DNA of 64,000 bases from Candidatus Kapaibacterium sp. (GTDB taxonomy: Bacteria; Bacteroidota; Ignavibacteria; Kapaibacteriales; UBA2268): the NCBI GenBank assembly GCA_963665665.1, contig OY762428.1:3808001-3872000 (forward strand). Reading direction: 5' to 3'. The translations under genes were made by a program, and so were the position numbers. Within the stretch, counting starts at the first letter, position 1. The number at the start of each line of letters is the position of its first letter. The notes below the pieces were generated by a model that searched no databases, was not told the DNA's origin, and saw only the letters and a list, made by a program, of their open reading frames with translations. This document shows, one piece after another, positions 60,801-64,000 of this stretch.

Positions 60801-63456
60801 GCCATGCTGTACCATTATTGATGGCTCGCTTGATCACTCCTGCTTCTCTGTCCCCACCTACATCTTCACTATATTTTCTTATGAATGAAGTGTCTGCACA
60901 TAAGTCAGAGTTATAAATATCATAAGAAAAACTCAGATTGTAATTATAAAAAATATCTCTTTCCTGCTCGTTAAATCCTCCCGAAAGATAAAGGAAATCC
61001 TTCATCCAGGGCCTTGGCGGAGTGTTTTCATAGGAAACGATTTTATCTATGTAATCCGAGGCAAGTTGTTCATTATATACCGGTATACGTCCTATCATCG
61101 CATCGGGTTCCAAATCATTCCCGTCAAGCAAAGTGTAGTAAAAGTCTGATACAGGAAATCCCCATGCCGGAATATAATCTTCATTTACTGCACCTTTGCT
61201 GACTTTTCGGGGATCCCAGGAAGCATCCCCGAACAAGACAATAAACTCCGGAGGAACCAATTGGTTGTTGTAACAATATTTCAGATAATCCCTTACTGTT
61301 TCCGAAGATTTTTTTCCGTAGTTAAATTCTTTATAAATATTATCAATATCAGTCAGCTTACAGGAAATACCATCTGTTTCTCTTATTTCAGCGAGATATT
61401 CAGCTGCCTTTTTAAATTTTTCATGATATATAATTATTGCCCGTGCATCCTGAGTATCAGTAAGGGTGCTTTTTTTAACTTTAGTTATCAATGGTCTTTC
61501 AATTTCAATCATCGATTGAACGAAAACGTGATAATCTCTGCCTGATTTGAAATTTAAATCGAAGCTATATGATCTTCCGTCATTGTCAGGAATAAATTCA
61601 GCAATTGAAACCGCTTTTTCCGAAATTTCCTCTCCGAAATTTCCATCAGATAGATACCATGCATAAGAATTGCCGGAAATAAAATTATTTATTTCGGAAG
61701 CTCCCTTTGAACTAAGCCACGATTTAATATCAGAATTAATATCAATATATCCGTTTATAATACCTGCTACTACAGCAACATTACCGATAGAATCCAGGAA
61801 TTTCTTTGCTTCACCAGAAGTTGTAGCAATTCTGTATATTGCATTGTCATCAGGATTTTTCCTGTATAAAAAATGAAAACCCGGAATTTCAGATACAGAG
61901 GTATCTGAATCAATTATTATACTTGAACGGGCTTGATTGTTGGTTATTCCACCTGCTATAACAGAATATCCCGGCCGTCCATCCTTAGTGATTATTTCAT
62001 CTGTAAGCGTATCAATTATAACTATTTCCGGGGACGATAGCCCGAAAAACCTAATAGAAAAATCGTTAATATCTTTTTCAACAAAAAATTCATTGTTTCC
62101 TGCCTTTATATATGGCAGGCTTTTGTATGAAGCTTCAATCCAGTCAAACAGGGCATATCCTGATTTTCTTTCTTCGTAATCGTTGTATCTGATATGAACA
62201 TTGTTGTATCCCGTAAAAAAAATGCCATTGGCAAGTGTATCTCGATAGGTAACAGAAGCAATATTTTCATACCCGACATTTCGAATAGTATCTCCGTTAA
62301 CAAGCTGTTCAATATTATTTTTATGAATATAAAATCCGGTTTTGGTAAAAGTTGTATCAGTCATCGCAACCCTCATTGCCAGCTCAACAGGATTGGAATT
62401 TGCAACAGGAGTCAGCATCACATCAGTTTTAAAATCCCGGCTTGTCAGTGCATCAATTTTATCGCCCCAGTACCAACCTTCATTAATGATATTCTGAGTG
62501 AAAATGTAATGAATCCCCCCCCAGTAAAATGTTTCGTTTTCAAAGTGAATGTAAGATTTTACATAATCCCTTTCAAATCCGGGGGTAGAAGGTTCGTTAT
62601 AAATATTAAATCTTAGCCCGTCAGAATTTTTATCATAATACAAATAAAAAGGTTCGTATCTGCTGAAGTAACTCCACCATGTAGTATCTCCTGCAGGCCT
62701 TTTTCCCCGAAATAAAATATAATCACTGTTGTCGATTATACCATTTTCATCGACAACATGGATTGGAACTTCATAACCGAGATACAAAAGTTTCAGCCCG
62801 GATATATTCTTTCCCGACAAATTATCTTCAGGAAGTTCTGAGATATTGATCCTGGCAATTCCGTCTCTTGATGTTTCAATTCTATAATAATCAACATCAT
62901 TATCATACCAGAATTTTTCGGATTGAACCCGGTCTTTACCTGATTTCAATTTTTTAAATTGTTGGAAACTTTCGATTGCTTTTTTATTAATAACATCCGG
63001 ATACCAATTATTTATATTATCATCTACTGATTCTGATAAAACTGCCGGTTTACTGTAAAATACTTCTAAACGTATTGCAGCAGGGCTACAATTCAAAGAA
63101 TCATGAGTTTTGAATGGACTTAACTCTATTTTGTGCAGATAAACTCCTCGTCTTTTCCCGATATAAGTCCAATTAATTACACAGTCATAACCTCCGGGCT
63201 CTTCTTCATTTTCTGAATATGAGATATTCATAACAGGTTTCAGAGAGTCAGGCAGTGCTATTATCCATTCCGGCCTTTCAGCTGTTTGTCCGGCAGGTAT
63301 CAGGCTTGAATTTTCTGTGAGCTTAACTTCAAGATCAATTTTTTCAGAATACTCCCTTATATTAAAATCTTTATAATCCGAATGCAATTGAGCGTAAGCA
63401 TTATCCGGAATTAACACAAGGACCAGTGAAAGCAACAAAAAAAACCTGCCAACCAT
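57847..63456 (-). CDS. C25 family cysteine peptidase (gingipain/PorU-like) with CARDB-like and T9SS/FlgD C-terminal domains
   Basis: IY.EFNYG, LFGDASWDP, SDFYY, IGRIP, NYVGH (catalytic His) and TLAC (catalytic Cys). C-terminal NYPNPF..WDG....APGTY. Confidence 0.88.
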   Translation of the reverse strand: MVGRFFLLLSLVLVLIPDNAYAQLHSDYKDFNIREYSEKIDLEVKLTENSSLIPAGQTAERPEWIIALPDSLKPVMNISYSENEEEPGGYDCVINWTYIGKRRGVYLHKIELSPFKTHDSLNCSPAAIRLEVFYSKPAVLSESVDDNINNWYPDVINKKAIESFQQFKKLKSGKDRVQSEKFWYDNDVDYYRIETSRDGIARINISELPEDNLSGKNISGLKLLYLGYEVPIHVVDENGIIDNSDYILFRGKRPAGDTTWWSYFSRYEPFYLYYDKNSDGLRFNIYNEPSTPGFERDYVKSYIHFENETFYWGGIHYIFTQNIINEGWYWGDKIDALTSRDFKTDVMLTPVANSNPVELAMRVAMTDTTFTKTGFYIHKNNIEQLVNGDTIRNVGYENIASVTYRDTLANGIFFTGYNNVHIRYNDYEERKSGYALFDWIEASYKSLPYIKAGNNEFFVEKDINDFSIRFFGLSSPEIVIIDTLTDEIITKDGRPGYSVIAGGITNNQARSSIIIDSDTSVSEIPGFHFLYRKNPDDNAIYRIATTSGEAKKFLDSIGNVAVVAGIINGYIDINSDIKSWLSSKGASEINNFISGNSYAWYLSDGNFGEEISEKAVSIAEFIPDNDGRSYSFDLNFKSGRDYHVFVQSMIEIERPLITKVKKSTLTDTQDARAIIIYHEKFKKAAEYLAEIRETDGISCKLTDIDNIYKEFNYGKKSSETVRDYLKYCYNNQLVPPEFIVLFGDASWDPRKVSKGAVNEDYIPAWGFPVSDFYYTLLDGNDLEPDAMIGRIPVYNEQLASDYIDKIVSYENTPPRPWMKDFLYLSGGFNEQERDIFYNYNLSFSYDIYNSDLCADTSFIRKYSEDVGGDREAGVIKRAINNGTAWLNYVGHAAAEVFDMDGWHASTLNNTGRYGIFSTLACNSSAYGEPTIQSRNEEYMTEPLKGFVGSIGSSNVSNLDVDLAFFSYAMKSIFDPQIKGRYLGHIMNYGKSGLRGDYDWYRHGKYQFTLLADPMIRFKVDTTANPYIDKFDVKFLRENNQDGLVQSSDSIMIISGNIYNAGIKTNDYFELVIERSVGNDIFQDTVAFQGICRYADFEFRLPVKGLPGEHKIKLIIDPEQLLVDSDRDNNKLDISHQVYEPALTAFDPMPNWNVYQGRPVFRLINRIQSESDFSYDFYLTSINDSETKLYISTRDEIIVDENYIDWIPEYEFENNSGYNLFARLTDNISGVSSAYLTLPFYTDNEDIESGVKAVEGGKMGFRGSDFTGMQIEVSDHEYLTNEIIPQNFTILGLNGTQDLQPQKWVKMNIGENSIVNGPFHRGINIAAVSMFTGEVRYRRYDTWKTPDTISTMIKFIRDSISNNEYLALATCDNALYKIFSDDVISTTLLDSLKETFRMYGSKFIDSLDSTCSFVILSHRNAEEDKVFENYYPGTDTAAISGDIPFYTSDAKFTSKIFGPAKKWKYLTLDNEFTDYNSSCTITLAGIDYNGKETKIQEISGDTDLSGIDAGKYPFLKLLYQVNLIEFSDSFKINSLSFDFIPAAELILRDHYINFESPAIMRGDIEDFACKIVNISRRTVSEPGNIRGNILNDQGVLSTFDLNYPNIDINSSSTITSEIETSNIDLINSLQLNVNNIRTENEFIYSNNIAVSKFYVYEDTTKPEIFLYADNYILEENGYTSIHPEMKIEIYDNSRLVIDDPNNIDIWIDGYRQNLASTTEWFFESFPVSAGLKCIIRFTPQDLDYTQHWIRIAASDASGNSDTLFRYFNVSLNGEIYGLSNYPNPFGEYLNIDFRVKGPEPGGQVVVDIYNSIGQLVRSIKQNMTIGRHEVIWDGFNGNGNRAAPGTYYYIIRLNGSIYADPKFGKAMFIR

Positions 63457-63596
63457 ATTTATTTACCTGTAAAATTTTAACATTCAAATCTAATGACAAT
63501 TCAGCTCTTTAATTATTTTCAAACAGCAAAACATAAAAAAAACCGCATTAGTATTATAACACCAATGCGGCTGATTTGTCACATAAAGACAAAATT

Positions 63597-64000
63597 TTAT
63601 CTTCTTCTCAGATTTCCGCCGTGCCCTGGATGTTTGGCAGTATCTTCGCGAACTCCAATCAAAATCTTGTCAACAATTGCTTTGGCGACAGATTTCTCGA
63701 TATTGTTTTCACTTGTCATGTACTCGGAAATTGCGCTTTCAACACGGTTACGTATGATTTCAGCAGTTTGTCCAACAAGAGCGTTGGAAAGCTGGTGAAT
63801 ATCTGACTGCTGTCCTTTAAGAGTTTCAAGCTGGCTGCGGTTTGCATCTTCCATTTTCTTCATCATCTTGTCCATACGTTCTTCTTCTTCAGTGTAGAAG
63901 AGTGTGATGGCAAGAAGCATAAGCATGGTAAACTCAAGTGTAATAGCAAGAAGGATGAAAGAAGGTTTTGTAGGCGGAATAAATTTCAGACCGCGAATAC
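63597..64000 (-). CDS. Membrane protein, partial (5' end outside the window), possibly GldL/PorL-like
   Basis: The frame stays open to the window edge: ...IRGLKFIPPTKPSFILLAITLEFTMLMLLAITLFYTEEEE followed by a helical cytoplasmic tail. Confidence 0.55.
   Translation of the reverse strand, partial: IRGLKFIPPTKPSFILLAITLEFTMLMLLAITLFYTEEEERMDKMMKKMEDANRSQLETLKGQQSDIHQLSNALVGQTAEIIRNRVESAISEYMTSENNIEKSVAKAIVDKILIGVREDTAKHPGHGGNLRRR

Overview
A 64-kb, AT-rich bacterial chromosome segment, most likely from the FCB group (Bacteroidota or Ignavibacteria/Kapabacteria-like). This is inferred from several type IX secretion (T9SS) C-terminal domains, a C25 gingipain/PorU-like protein, a TTTG-N19-TAnnTTTG promoter and a DUF4295/bL38-like ribosomal gene. 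Most genes are housekeeping or envelope genes: HIT, kdsD, rodZ, rpe, maeB, ligA, rpmE, rpsR, uvrD/pcrA, apbE, ROK kinase, glf, flippase, GH57, rlpA. Accessory content of note: (1) an 87-aa peptide with a YxxPxL leader and six CxxG motifs, an apparent RiPP precursor, downstream of a YtrA-GntR/ABC operon but with no maturase in the window; (2) a ~2.2-kb non-coding composite at 40.0-42.2 kb, made of two related 21-bp-period arrays pointing outward from a ~14% GC core, bracketed by 40-bp direct repeats and several REP-like palindrome families; (3) a 20-bp hairpin module that is optionally inserted into those palindromes; (4) a BanI-like type II restriction-modification pair; (5) an AlbA_2/ATPase gene bracketed by a duplication of the ligA leader; (6) an ECF sigma factor with a probable dual-membrane-spanning anti-sigma. 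No rRNA, tRNA, CRISPR-cas or transposase was recognised. All family assignments come from motif reading and recall, not from database searches.
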